Of a stretch of 64,000 nucleotides of DNA, positions 10,653-21,227 are shown one piece after another. The stretch covers positions 78,212 through 142,211 of the forward strand of contig JBPOGF010000011.1 in assembly GCA_051251915.1 (NCBI GenBank), read 5' to 3'. The first letter of the stretch is position 1. Each line of letters opens with the position of its first letter. The position numbers were made by a program, and so were the translations under genes. The notes below the pieces were generated by a model that ran no database searches, had not been told where the DNA came from, and saw nothing but the letters and a program-made list of their open reading frames with translations. This DNA comes from Akkermansiaceae bacterium. GTDB taxonomy: Bacteria > Verrucomicrobiota > Verrucomicrobiia > Verrucomicrobiales > Akkermansiaceae.

Positions 10653-10714
10653 GTAATATTCATCATTGGATACCCTAAAGATAATCACTATTCTCCCGTC
10701 AACTTCACAACATC

Positions 10715-11164
10715 ATGAAAGCTACCTACAAATTCATCACCTTCGCACTAGCCAGTTCACTAAGCATCTCACTCTCCTCATGTGGAGACAAGAAATCAGC
10801 AGACACCACAAAGTCTGAGGCAGAAAATCAACAGTCTGCCAAAACTCACGACTCCGTCTCTAAAGAATTTATCGCCAGCCTAGGAGAAATGAGCGACACC
10901 CTCACTAAAATCAAAGATCTCGAATCAGCCCAATCTGCTCTCCCCACCCTCACCAAGATCGGCTTCAAAATGAAAATGATCAAGACCGACATGGAAAAGC
11001 TCGGCCCACCACCCAAAGCCATGAAAGCTAAACTCGACGAAGAGTATGGCTCCAAAATGAAAGAAATTATGACCAATATTGGCCAAACCATGAACAGCCT
11101 TAAGACCTCTAATCCTGAGGCCTACGGATTACTAGAAAAAGTCATGACAACAATCATGCAATAA
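10715..11164 (+). CDS. Hypothetical helical lipoprotein
   Basis: Signal peptide ending in lipobox LSSC; preceded by TTGGAT-17-TATTCT. Confidence 0.8.
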   Translation: MKATYKFITFALASSLSISLSSCGDKKSADTTKSEAENQQSAKTHDSVSKEFIASLGEMSDTLTKIKDLESAQSALPTLTKIGFKMKMIKTDMEKLGPPPKAMKAKLDEEYGSKMKEIMTNIGQTMNSLKTSNPEAYGLLEKVMTTIMQ

Positions 11165-11171
11165 TACTCTA

Positions 11172-12134
11172 CTAGTTGAAAATCCATATCAACGGCAACG
11201 GTAGAATTAGCGCAAAATCAGCCAAAACTCGCTGCGCATCCAAGTAGAAAATTGATCGATTCTTATTGATCAAATAAAGTAGAGCTGTCGAAACCATGAC
11301 CACATAACACAGCGGTCGCTCAAACTCCGAGAGCTTATACGCCACCAAGTAAACTGCAAAAGCAGCCAAACAAAGTAACCCAGTCGCAAGGATCGCCTCA
11401 CAAGCATCCTTCTCGTCCTCCAGATCACTTCTCCTAGATTTCTCCCAGAGATCAATCCCTGTGATATTTAGAAAACACAGCAATCCAAACAAAAACGGCA
11501 ACGCACTACTCGCAAATACGATCCCCACAGTCGAAACCGTCATCATAAAGAAATTCGCAACCCCGTGCCTCAATGCCAAGAAAAAGTCAGCATCCGAATT
11601 CGAAGTGAAATGAAACCATAAATCATAAATCCCCTTAGGAAGCTGAACAGACTCCACCACAATCGGAGCTGCCACACCAAACGAAAAAGTCATCCCCGCA
11701 ATAAAGTTCTTCGTATAAGCAATTTCTCCCTTATCAAATTTTCTAGCCAAAATGTACAAGAAGCACATCCCTATCCCCGAAACACCCGCCGTAAGCAACG
11801 CCGCAGAAGCAACGTTAAAGGCTGAGTGAACGCCATACACAATAACACCGATGACGATCGGCAATAAAATCTTCCAATATTTCCAGTGAAACTGATGCCT
11901 AGTACTCATTTCAGCCACCTGGCCCTCATCACGCCTAACATCCAGAATCCTGTCCAAGACATAAACACACCACACCGCCCCTGCTAACAACCAATACGCG
12001 TGATAATCAACATACATCACACGCATCGACTTCGATAGAATCCACATCCAAATCACTGCTACCAGCGGAGCGTCTAGGCTCAACAAATTTGGCAACAACC
12101 AAAAGGGCGGTCTTCTTGAGGGTTCCTTATTCAT
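11172..12134 (-). CDS. Polytopic membrane protein, possibly UbiA-like
   Basis: About 8 hydrophobic segments; YVLDRILD resembles the UbiA aspartate-rich motif. Confidence 0.65.
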   Translation of the reverse strand: MNKEPSRRPPFWLLPNLLSLDAPLVAVIWMWILSKSMRVMYVDYHAYWLLAGAVWCVYVLDRILDVRRDEGQVAEMSTRHQFHWKYWKILLPIVIGVIVYGVHSAFNVASAALLTAGVSGIGMCFLYILARKFDKGEIAYTKNFIAGMTFSFGVAAPIVVESVQLPKGIYDLWFHFTSNSDADFFLALRHGVANFFMMTVSTVGIVFASSALPFLFGLLCFLNITGIDLWEKSRRSDLEDEKDACEAILATGLLCLAAFAVYLVAYKLSEFERPLCYVVMVSTALLYLINKNRSIFYLDAQRVLADFALILPLPLIWIFN

Positions 12135-12189
12135 ATCTATGATCGCACCATAAGGCGATCCATGAAGAAATCAACCCGTGCAGATTTAA

Positions 12190-12393
12190 TTAATGAGCCT
12201 CTTCTTTCTCAGCGTGATCGCCATGATCATGGCCATGCCCTTCTGCGTGCTCGCCGTGTCCTGCATCACCATGTGAATCATGCTTCACCTTATCTACATG
12301 AAGCAACTTCGTGTCTTCCCAATCATGCTTTTCACATGAACTAAGTGCTACGAATGCGGTAATAATGGCTGAACTAAGGATAAATCTTTTCAT
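12190..12393 (-). CDS. Small His-rich lipoprotein (67 aa)
   Basis: Start taken at ATG 12393 (MKRFILSS...LSSC); 11 His in the 48-aa mature part. Confidence 0.8.
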   Translation of the reverse strand: MKRFILSSAIITAFVALSSCEKHDWEDTKLLHVDKVKHDSHGDAGHGEHAEGHGHDHGDHAEKEEAH

Positions 12394-12548
12394 TGCGGAG
12401 GTAGAATTAGACTTTTCCAAAATAAAATCAAGACTACAATTTCAATCTAAGAAGAAAAATCCCCCCATTGTTTAATGCCCATTGACCATTGACTAAGCCG
12501 CTACTCAGGCTTCATCATTAAAAACTTAACAATTGCCACGCTAATTAC

Positions 12549-12577
12549 TTGCACACTCCGCGCCCGCCTCCTAGTCT
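12549..12577 (+). promoter_or_regulatory. Putative sigma70 promoter of carA-purA
   Basis: TTGCAC-17-TAGTCT followed by TCGCCCGC. Confidence 0.6.
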
Positions 12578-12628
12578 TCGCCCGCAACGCTGGTGAGGAA
12601 AGTCAACAGCGCACACACACATTTTATC

Positions 12629-13780
12629 ATGAAGGATTCAAACACTGCAATCTTAGCACTCGAAGACGGCCGCACCTTTATCGGAGAAGCTTTTGGACAC
12701 ACTGGCACCACCACAGGGGAAATTTGCTTTAACACCTCAATGACCGGATATCAGGAAATCATCACTGACCCATCATACCGCGGCCAGATCGTGACACTCA
12801 CCTATCCTCTCATTGGGAACTACGGGGTGAACCCAGAAGATGCCGAGTCATCTCAGCCACAAGTCCGCGGACTTGTCATCGGCGAACTCTCACCCGTCGC
12901 CTCTAACTTCCGCTCTCACCAGTCACTCGCAGAATACTTCGCTGAGCACAAAATCATCGGCATCGAGGACATCGATACCCGTGCGCTCACCAAGCACCTC
13001 CGCACAGCCGGCTCCATGCGCTCATGCATCACCACCGAGCTCACAGCCGAAGAAGCTATCCAAGCAGCTAAGGACTCAGCTCCAATGGCTGGCTCAGATT
13101 TCGTTAAAGAAGTCTCCACAGAGGAAAACTACCACTGGGATAAAGAATCACGCCTCTGGAACATTCCTAGCCCATCACAAAACCGTGAAGGTCACTACGA
13201 AGACCTCCCACCAGTAAAATACAACATTGTAGCCTACGACTTCGGAGTGAAATACAACATCCTACGCTCAATGCGCCAACAAGGTTTCGACATCACTGTA
13301 GTAAATTCCCGTACTACAGCGGAGGAGATCTTAGCACTCAACCCTGATGGAATCTTCCTCTCCAACGGACCAGGAGACCCCGCAGCACTAGACTACATCC
13401 ACGCCGAAATCAAAAAACTACTCGGCAAGAAGCCAATCTTCGGCATCTGCCTCGGCCACCAGATCCTCACCCACGCATTCGGTGGTACTACCTATAAGCT
13501 GAAATTTGGTCACCGTGGAGGAAACCAACCAGTCAAAGATCTACGCGACGGAAAAGTATCCATCACCGCTCAGAACCATGGCTTCGCCTCAGACCCTGAA
13601 TCACTTCCAGACGATGTCGAAATCACTCACATCAACCTGAACGACCAAACGGTAGAAGGCTTCCGCCACAAAACCTACCCTGCATTCTCAGTGCAATATC
13701 ACCCAGAAGCAGCACCAGGACCAAACGACGCCAAATACTTCTTCGAAGAATTCGCTTCATTGATCGAAGCCAACAAGTAA
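12629..13780 (+). CDS. carA: Carbamoyl-phosphate synthase, small subunit
   Basis: FNTSMTGYQE, LSNGPGDP, GICLGHQ, QYHPEA; start moved to ATG 12629. Confidence 0.96.
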   Translation: MKDSNTAILALEDGRTFIGEAFGHTGTTTGEICFNTSMTGYQEIITDPSYRGQIVTLTYPLIGNYGVNPEDAESSQPQVRGLVIGELSPVASNFRSHQSLAEYFAEHKIIGIEDIDTRALTKHLRTAGSMRSCITTELTAEEAIQAAKDSAPMAGSDFVKEVSTEENYHWDKESRLWNIPSPSQNREGHYEDLPPVKYNIVAYDFGVKYNILRSMRQQGFDITVVNSRTTAEEILALNPDGIFLSNGPGDPAALDYIHAEIKKLLGKKPIFGICLGHQILTHAFGGTTYKLKFGHRGGNQPVKDLRDGKVSITAQNHGFASDPESLPDDVEITHINLNDQTVEGFRHKTYPAFSVQYHPEAAPGPNDAKYFFEEFASLIEANK

Positions 13781-13811
13781 TCAATTTTCAATACTCAATA
13801 TACAATTCAAA

Positions 13812-15083
13812 ATGTCTAACACCATCATTTGCGGTCTCCAATGGGGAGACGAAGGAAAAGGAAAAACCGTCGACTATCTCATGGAGACAGCCGACATCGT
13901 AGCTCGTGGCCAAGGCGGTAACAACGCCGGTCACACCGTCATAGCCAACGGCCAGAAATACGTCCTCCACCTCATCCCATCTGGCATCCTCTGGGATGGC
14001 AAAATCAATGTCATCGGAAACGGAGTAGTCATGGACCCAGTTGGACTATGTAAGGAAATTTCATCACTAGAAGAACAAGGCGTCTCAGTAACACCTGAAA
14101 AACTCTTCATCTCTGACCGCGCCCACGTAGTACTACCCTACCACTGTGAACTAGATGCAGCACGTGAAGCAGCACTCGGCGAGAATAAGATCGGCACCAC
14201 CAAGCGCGGTATCGGTCCTACATATGCTGACAAAGCAAACCGCATCGGCCTTAGACTAGCAGACTTCCAAGACGAAGCCACAGCACGCAAACTCATCGAC
14301 ATCCGTCTAGAAGAAGCCAACGAGCTCCTCACCAGACACGGACTCCCTACCTTCACAACCGACCAAGTGCTAGAGACCGTGATGCCTGCCATCAAACGTC
14401 TCCTACCACACGTCACCAACGTCATCCCATTACTCCACAAAGCATGGAAAGACGGCAAAACAATCCTCTTCGAAGGCGCCCAAGGCTCACTCCTAGACAT
14501 CGACTTCGGCACCTACCCATTTGTCACCTCATCTAACACCACCGCAGGTGGAGCCTGCACAGGTTGCGGACTCCCGCCCCACGCAGTGGAAAAAGTAGTC
14601 GGCGTATGCAAAGCCTACACCACTCGCGTAGGCGCTGGACCTATGCCCACCCTCGATGAAGAACTCTCAGATTTCTTCCACGATCGCGGCATGGAATTCG
14701 GAGCCACCACCGGCCGTCCACGTAGCTGCGGCTGGCTAGACACCGTCCTCCTCAGACTTGCAGTCATGGTAAATGGAGTCACAGACCTAGCCGTCACCAT
14801 CCTCGATGGACTTGACGAACGCAAAACCCTCAAAATCTGCACAGCTTACGATGTAGAAGGAACCATCCACGAGTTCCCACCTGCATCCAGAGCCGACTGG
14901 GACAAAGCCGTCCCCGTCTATGAAGAACTCCCAGGCTGGGAAAGCGACACCACTAAAGCACGCTCATGGGACGAACTCCCAGAGAATGCCAAAGCCTATC
15001 TCACCAGACTATCCGAGCTCGTAGGAGCACCCATCTCCTACGTTGGAAATGGACCAGAAAGAGAACAAACGATCATCGTTTAA
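13812..15083 (+). CDS. purA: Adenylosuccinate synthetase
   Basis: QWGDEGKGK, GGNNAGHT, EGAQG, GTYPFVTSS. Confidence 0.97.
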   Translation: MSNTIICGLQWGDEGKGKTVDYLMETADIVARGQGGNNAGHTVIANGQKYVLHLIPSGILWDGKINVIGNGVVMDPVGLCKEISSLEEQGVSVTPEKLFISDRAHVVLPYHCELDAAREAALGENKIGTTKRGIGPTYADKANRIGLRLADFQDEATARKLIDIRLEEANELLTRHGLPTFTTDQVLETVMPAIKRLLPHVTNVIPLLHKAWKDGKTILFEGAQGSLLDIDFGTYPFVTSSNTTAGGACTGCGLPPHAVEKVVGVCKAYTTRVGAGPMPTLDEELSDFFHDRGMEFGATTGRPRSCGWLDTVLLRLAVMVNGVTDLAVTILDGLDERKTLKICTAYDVEGTIHEFPPASRADWDKAVPVYEELPGWESDTTKARSWDELPENAKAYLTRLSELVGAPISYVGNGPEREQTIIV

Positions 15084-15100
15084 AACCAACCCAATAACCA

Positions 15101-16021
15101 ATGAAAAAACTCATCACAAAGTCTATCGTTGCCTCACTAGCTCTCGGCTCATGGGCAATCGCACAAGAAGCGTCTCCCGCTGGAGCACCTGCACCAGCTC
15201 CAGAAATGGTCCAAAGCCCAGAAGAACTAGCTCCCCCTACCATCGAGGAAATCAGAGAAACATTCCCAAGCGCTAAGCCCGCAGGAGAAACAGGAGAAAT
15301 AAGCTCTCACGCTAGCATCCAAGTTCAAGACAATCAGCTATTCTTCGGAGGGTCCGACACCTCTAAGCTGATGAAAATCTACGGAAACCTACCTGAAAGC
15401 TATGATGGAGCCATCGTAGCCGATGATGAATCCTACATCATCACCTTCCAGTTCGAAGACTCAGGATATGTTAAAGACGATGAAAAAGACGAACTCGATG
15501 CTGACGACCTCCTCCAAACCTTCAAAGACGCTCAAGTAGAAGCCAACAAAGCACGTATAGAAGCTGGTCTCGACACCAACACCATCGTCGGCTGGGCCAC
15601 TGAGCCAAACTACAACGAATCTACCAACAACCTCGAATGGGCAATCATCGCCGAAGGCAGTGACGGCACACAATTCGTCAATCACCAGATCAAACTACTC
15701 GGTCGCAAAGGAGTCATGGATGCCGTTCTTATCTGTGAGCCATCTCAGCTTGAAGCTCTCCGCCCTACACTAGACAAAACCCTAGCAGGCTTTGAATACG
15801 CAGACGGAAACAAATATGCCGAGTTCCAAGAAGGTGACAAAATCGCTGAATACGGCCTCAAAGGACTCATCGTAGGAGGTGGACTCCTAGCCGCTGGTAA
15901 ACTAGGTTTCTTCGCTCTAATCGGAAAATTCTTCAAACAAATCGTAATCGGAGTCGTTGCTGTAGGCGCATTCTTCGTGAAGATGAAAAACAAAATCTTC
16001 GGTTCAAAAGAAGCACAGTAA
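15101..16021 (+). CDS. DUF2167-like membrane-anchored protein
   Basis: Signal peptide, GYVKDDE, GWATEPNY, LGRKGV, GDKIAEYGL, C-terminal TM segment. Confidence 0.8.
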   Translation: MKKLITKSIVASLALGSWAIAQEASPAGAPAPAPEMVQSPEELAPPTIEEIRETFPSAKPAGETGEISSHASIQVQDNQLFFGGSDTSKLMKIYGNLPESYDGAIVADDESYIITFQFEDSGYVKDDEKDELDADDLLQTFKDAQVEANKARIEAGLDTNTIVGWATEPNYNESTNNLEWAIIAEGSDGTQFVNHQIKLLGRKGVMDAVLICEPSQLEALRPTLDKTLAGFEYADGNKYAEFQEGDKIAEYGLKGLIVGGGLLAAGKLGFFALIGKFFKQIVIGVVAVGAFFVKMKNKIFGSKEAQ

Positions 16022-16048
16022 TCCACTAGCTAGCCTAGCAACAACCAC

Positions 16049-16909
16049 ATGACTGACGGTCAAACATTCTACCTTATTCTATTAGGTTTTTATTTGACCA
16101 CCGGTCTCAAAACAGGATCAAAAGACGCCTTTATCCTAAGGAATAAGTTTAGTTTTAAAAAAGGATGGTCACTAGGCCATCCTTTTGCCTTCCTCGGAGG
16201 CACCCAGAAATCCGTCTTCTTCAGCCACATCTCCCCTATCTACTCCTACTCCATTGTCGCAAATCAAGACAACAATGACGCCAAAATCCTCCCTCCTAGG
16301 CATGTAAAACGTATCATCCGCATCATTGCCAATGCCGCCAGCCGTATCAGGTTTCTCTCCTTCATCGTCTTCTACCTCTACTGCATTATCGTCCCAGTAG
16401 TCTACTTCCAACACGGCGACACCCCCATCACCTACATCGCCATTCTCATCGCGCTACTCTTCCCCATCTTCCCCACCATCTGCTTCTTCTTCACCCATAA
16501 GAAAATTTCACCAAACGAAAGCAACGTCCGCTGGAAAAATAGCTTCTACGCCATCTTCATGCCCTGGCACGCCATGCGCCTAGCAGATTTCCTCTTCCAG
16601 AACCCCCACCTTAGCCAGATCCACCCCCTCAGCTACGCCAACATCACCACAGGCGAAGCCTCCCAAACCTACCTCTCCCAACAATACCGCAACACCCTAC
16701 ACAGAACCACCAGCCTCTACACCAAACAGGAATTCCAACAATTTTTCCAGAATTCAGACCTCACCCCACAAGACTTCACCACTCCCCCCACACCAGAAGA
16801 CCCCACAGAACAGCAATACTGCCCCTGCTGCCACAGCTTCTTCACCGACCAAACCAACCACTGCACCGACTGCGAAAACTTACCTCTAGTTAAAATACAA
16901 GAAATTTAA
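16049..16909 (+). CDS. Hypothetical membrane protein with C-terminal zinc ribbon
   Basis: TM segments; C-terminal YCPCC...HCTDC. Confidence 0.7.
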   Translation: MTDGQTFYLILLGFYLTTGLKTGSKDAFILRNKFSFKKGWSLGHPFAFLGGTQKSVFFSHISPIYSYSIVANQDNNDAKILPPRHVKRIIRIIANAASRIRFLSFIVFYLYCIIVPVVYFQHGDTPITYIAILIALLFPIFPTICFFFTHKKISPNESNVRWKNSFYAIFMPWHAMRLADFLFQNPHLSQIHPLSYANITTGEASQTYLSQQYRNTLHRTTSLYTKQEFQQFFQNSDLTPQDFTTPPTPEDPTEQQYCPCCHSFFTDQTNHCTDCENLPLVKIQEI

Positions 16910-17018
16910 CTCCTGCTTCATAGCCATATTAGCTCTCCAAGTGTAGAACTATCGGCTCTACCCAGATAAAATCAAACTGATCATCCTCCAAGTTTTCACA
17001 GAACACATGAGATCTCTG

Positions 17019-17684
17019 CTATCGACGTCGACGTTGAATCGCTGCCAGTGCACTCAGACCGAGTAGCAGGATTGAACTAGGCTCAGGCACACCAATCAGT
17101 CGAAAATCGTGTCGGCTACCGTCGGGGTTAGCACCGGCGTCCCAGGTAGCACCGCCATCCTCGCTAAAGTGATGATTCCCTTGGTTAAGAAGTGACGTCC
17201 AGAAGAAGTCATCTTCGGCGTCGTCAGATGTGTCTGTGACAATCGAAATCCAGTAGTTCGTCCCAGCATTGAAGCTAAAACCAATGTCGGCAGAATAGTC
17301 GTAAATGTTGGTTACTCCAAATAAGTCGACACCAGAATCTTGACGATTGACGGCATTACCAACATTGAAGCTAGCAAGTATCGAGCTACCATTCGGTGCA
17401 CCAGATGCATCTGCAAAGATTGAAATCGTAAAGAGGTCTGTCTCTGGTGCCGTTTGAGCACTGCCTAGATAAACTCCAGTCCACTGGATACCCGTAACGG
17501 TCGTCGCGGAAGCAAACATAACATCGTCAGCCTGCATAAACCCACTATCTACGTCAGATCCAAAACTCTGGTTGACTCCTGAAGATCCCCCAGCATTGTT
17601 GTCGAAAAGAATGGTTTGCCCCATGGCCAGTCCGCTTGAGAATACGGTCAATAAACAGAAGTAAGTATAAGGTGATTTCTTCAT
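17019..17684 (-). CDS. PEP-CTERM sorting-domain surface protein
   Basis: Signal peptide; C-terminal VPEPSS-hydrophobic-RRRR. Confidence 0.92.
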   Translation of the reverse strand: MKKSPYTYFCLLTVFSSGLAMGQTILFDNNAGGSSGVNQSFGSDVDSGFMQADDVMFASATTVTGIQWTGVYLGSAQTAPETDLFTISIFADASGAPNGSSILASFNVGNAVNRQDSGVDLFGVTNIYDYSADIGFSFNAGTNYWISIVTDTSDDAEDDFFWTSLLNQGNHHFSEDGGATWDAGANPDGSRHDFRLIGVPEPSSILLLGLSALAAIQRRRR

Positions 17685-17758
17685 AGTATTTTTTTAATAT
17701 ATTGGTTTACAGTATAGGAATAAAAACTGTGATGATCATTTTTTCCCAGACATCACAC

Positions 17759-17787
17759 ACTATAAGGAATTGATTATAAGACATCAA
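17759..17787 (-). promoter_or_regulatory. Putative sigma70 promoter of the PEP-CTERM gene
   Basis: Minus strand TTGATG-17-TATAGT. Confidence 0.55.
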
Positions 17788-17963
17788 GCATTTTATCGTA
17801 TGGCAATCGAAATCAGCCACTAACATTGTACAACATTAGTTACAGCCTTAAAGCATGGCCTCACCTTCGTCCATTATGTGAAAGTGATGCTAAGCTGACC
17901 ACTTCTTCCAATAACTAAGCCAAAGGACACAGTCCCTGAATTGTGAAAACCTGACTACCCTCC

Positions 17964-19253
17964 TCACGATTTAGCCCTAATCTCCACAGACTTCCCGTGC
18001 GCGTCCAAACCTTCCACCTTAGCAAACTGCTGAACGTGCTTAAGCGATTTCTGCACAGACTTCTGATCCATCCTCACGATGCTTGTGCGACGTTGAAATT
18101 GATCAGCACGGATACCAGAAAATGATTTACCAGATCCTCCAGTAGGTAAAGTGTGACTAGGCCCAGCCAAGAAATCACCAACCGCCACAGCACTGTAGTT
18201 CCCTGCATAAATAGCTCCAGCCGTGCGAACTTTATCCAGCCAATAATCCTCATCTTCCACAATCAATGAAAGGTGTTCAGGAGCGAATTGATTACAAATC
18301 ACCATCGCATCATCCAAATCCTTCACCTGAAGCGCAAAAGTCCCCTTCTTAAGAACATCCTCAATGTAGTTCACCCTGCTAAGCGACTTCATCTGCTTAT
18401 CAACCTGCTCCTGCACACGAGTTATCAAAGCCTTTGAATCTGAAATAAATCCAACAACACTATCACCACCGTGCTCAGCCTGAGCCAACAAATCAGCAGC
18501 AATAAAAGCAGGATTCGCAGACTTATCCGCTATCACCAACACCTCACTAGGCCCAGGCAACAGATCAATAGAAACCGCCCCCACAAGCTGCCGTTTCGCC
18601 TCCACCACAAAACTATTCCCCGGCCCAAAAATCTTCTCAACCGAGCGCACCGTAGTCGTCCCCAATGCCATCGCCGCAATAGCTTGAGCGCCACCCACCT
18701 TAATAATCTCCGTAGCACCAGACTCCTTCAGCGCATAAAGAAGCGCAGGATTCACCTTCCCATCAGCCCCCGCAGGAGTTGCCGCCAAAATCTCCGGAAC
18801 ACCAGCAGCCTGAGCAAACGCAGCAGTCATTAGCGCAGTCGACATCAACGGCGCCTTGCCCCCAGGAACATAAACCCCCACCCTATCATAAGGCACAAAT
18901 CTCTCCCCCACCTCAGCACCCTGAGCATTCTTATATTTCCAATCTTTCCGCATGCTACGCTTCGCAAACGCATGGATATTCTTCTTCGATGCCGCAATCG
19001 CAGCCTTAGTATCATCATCCACCAAACCCTCAGCTTCCTCAAGCTCAGCATCTGTAACATAAAGTGATCTAGAGGTAAGTTTTAGCCCATCAAACTTCTC
19101 AGTGTATTCAAAAAGCGCTTTATTACCACGCTGTTTCACATTCGCAATAATGTCCGCTACAATCGTGTAGAGATCATCCGTAGGCACGGCTTTCCGATCT
19201 AAATTTTTGATAAATCTAGCGTAACCTGCATCTTTATAGCTTAGTGTCTTCAT
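17964..19253 (-). CDS. hisD: Histidinol dehydrogenase
   Basis: GVYVPGGKA, GGAQAIAA, GPGN, GPSEV, DLLAQAEH, APEHL, GPSHTLPT. Confidence 0.96.
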   Translation of the reverse strand: MKTLSYKDAGYARFIKNLDRKAVPTDDLYTIVADIIANVKQRGNKALFEYTEKFDGLKLTSRSLYVTDAELEEAEGLVDDDTKAAIAASKKNIHAFAKRSMRKDWKYKNAQGAEVGERFVPYDRVGVYVPGGKAPLMSTALMTAAFAQAAGVPEILAATPAGADGKVNPALLYALKESGATEIIKVGGAQAIAAMALGTTTVRSVEKIFGPGNSFVVEAKRQLVGAVSIDLLPGPSEVLVIADKSANPAFIAADLLAQAEHGGDSVVGFISDSKALITRVQEQVDKQMKSLSRVNYIEDVLKKGTFALQVKDLDDAMVICNQFAPEHLSLIVEDEDYWLDKVRTAGAIYAGNYSAVAVGDFLAGPSHTLPTGGSGKSFSGIRADQFQRRTSIVRMDQKSVQKSLKHVQQFAKVEGLDAHGKSVEIRAKS

Positions 19254-19368
19254 GGCGGGAAATTCTTAGAGACTCTTCCCCATGATTGCAAATGTTTATG
19301 ACTTCAATTGCCCAGAAATTCTCAATAACAAATCTTCCATCTTCCAAAATCTGAGCTATGTATCAGCC

Positions 19369-20661
19369 ATGAATTTTCAGCACAGTATCGTGAATGGCAT
19401 CTACGTAGCCACTGCCGAGATGCCTCACATGGAGTCAGTCTCAGCAGGTATCTATCTACCTACTGGCAGCCGGTACGAGTCTGCAGAGCTTAACGGAATC
19501 GCCCACTTCGCTGAACACATGATTTTCAAAGGAACCCAAACCCGCTCAGCACTAGACCTAGCCATCCAAGTAGAAGGTGCTGGCGGCTCCATCAATGCCT
19601 TCACCACAGAAGATCAAACCTGTGTAGAAACCCGCGGCCCCTCAGAACTTCTCCCCCAGTTCGTAGAAGTCATGAGCGACATGGTTTGGAATTCCAGCTT
19701 CGAGCCTGAAGAAGTAGAGCGCGAGCGTGAAGTCATCGCAGAAGAAATAGTGATGTACCAAGAAAACCCAAGTGATCACATCCATGACCTCCTTTCCGAA
19801 GCCCTATGGTCCGGCCACCCACTCGGCAGACCCATCACCGGAACCGAAGAATCAATTCAAGAAATCAATGCTGACGCCCTAAGAGAATTCACCCAGCACC
19901 ACTACCTAGCAAATGCCCACGGCCTAACACTCGCCGTAGCAGGAAAGGTCACCCATGCCGAAGTCTGTGAAATCGCCAAGAAAAACTTACCCGTAATCGC
20001 AGAGAAAACTGAAGCAAACGATGATTTCGAGAAATATTCTCACACTCTAACAGAACCTAACAACTTCGTCCACCTGCACGACCAACGTGACATCGACCAA
20101 GTCCACCTAGCCATCGCATTCCACACAGACGGCAGACACTCAGACCATCGCCATGTCCTCCGAGTCATGAGCCTCATCATGGGTGAGACCATGAGCTCCA
20201 GACTATTCCAAGAACTCCGTGAAAAGCGCGGTCTTTGCTACCACATAGCCTCTGACTACAGCCTCTACCACGACACAGGAACCTTTGAAATCCACGCCGG
20301 ACTCGATGCCACAAGACTCGAAGAAAGCCTCCTCGCCATCAATGAAATCCTCCAGGAAATCCTCAAAAATGGCTTCACCAAAGATGAACTAGATCAGACC
20401 ATTTGTTTCGCATCAGGACAGAGCAAGATCGCACTAGAAAGCACCCACTCGCGCATGAGCTGGATGGGAGACTCATTACTCTGCTTCGATAAAATCATCG
20501 ACCCAAATGAATCCAGAGCCACCCTCCAGAGCACCACACTCGAAGAACTTAGTGATTTAGCAAAGCAGTTATTTAATACCGAGAATATGGCTGTGGCCAG
20601 CATCGGACCACAGCGCGCAGACGAAGTTCAGCAACTAGTGCTAGATTCCCTGACCTTCTAG
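19369..20661 (+). CDS. M16 family zinc peptidase
   Basis: HFAEH (HxxEH) motif, NAFT, SRLFQELREKRGLCY; start moved to ATG 19369. Confidence 0.92.
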   Translation: MNFQHSIVNGIYVATAEMPHMESVSAGIYLPTGSRYESAELNGIAHFAEHMIFKGTQTRSALDLAIQVEGAGGSINAFTTEDQTCVETRGPSELLPQFVEVMSDMVWNSSFEPEEVEREREVIAEEIVMYQENPSDHIHDLLSEALWSGHPLGRPITGTEESIQEINADALREFTQHHYLANAHGLTLAVAGKVTHAEVCEIAKKNLPVIAEKTEANDDFEKYSHTLTEPNNFVHLHDQRDIDQVHLAIAFHTDGRHSDHRHVLRVMSLIMGETMSSRLFQELREKRGLCYHIASDYSLYHDTGTFEIHAGLDATRLEESLLAINEILQEILKNGFTKDELDQTICFASGQSKIALESTHSRMSWMGDSLLCFDKIIDPNESRATLQSTTLEELSDLAKQLFNTENMAVASIGPQRADEVQQLVLDSLTF

Positions 20662-21221
20662 AACCTAAGCGTAAAGCCCACATCAAAGCCCCAAGTCTGC
20701 TCTTGCTCGATACCTGATACACCAAGAAGTTCGTAATCATCGAAGAACATTCTTCTCACTCCCGCCTTGAAATCCAAATTTTCAGTCAGATGAGCACGCG
20801 CCCCAACGAAAACCTGCGCGTAACCGTAAATATCATTATCCAATTCCCCTACCGGTGAATCTAGTGAAGCATATTGTCCACCTACACCCACACCTCCAAA
20901 CACTGAAAACGCAGGGTTCATCTGGTACTCAACCTCGTAGTTGAGCACGATGGTTGTAAACAAAATACTTGTATCCAACGTGGAATCTAGTGTCTCATCG
21001 TAACCAATGTACTCAAGCCCCAGCTTATGAGTAGCCACTTGATCCTGATAAATGATACCCTGTCCTTTAATAAAACCAAACGCCCTCTCAGAGTTCTCCA
21101 TGTAGCCGATTCCTGCTTCGAAATCCCCACCACCCCAGCTACCTTGAGCTGATGCCTGAGTGCTACCTATCGCTCCTGCCACAGCAATGACAGCCAACTT
21201 GTTTTTCATTGTATTCTTCAT
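20658..21221 (-). CDS. Outer-membrane beta-barrel protein (8-stranded, OmpA/OmpW-like)
   Basis: Signal peptide, alternating amphipathic strands, terminal Phe (VGFTLRF). Confidence 0.8.
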   Translation of the reverse strand: MKNTMKNKLAVIAVAGAIGSTQASAQGSWGGGDFEAGIGYMENSERAFGFIKGQGIIYQDQVATHKLGLEYIGYDETLDSTLDTSILFTTIVLNYEVEYQMNPAFSVFGGVGVGGQYASLDSPVGELDNDIYGYAQVFVGARAHLTENLDFKAGVRRMFFDDYELLGVSGIEQEQTWGFDVGFTLRF

Positions 21222-21227
21222 AAATAT

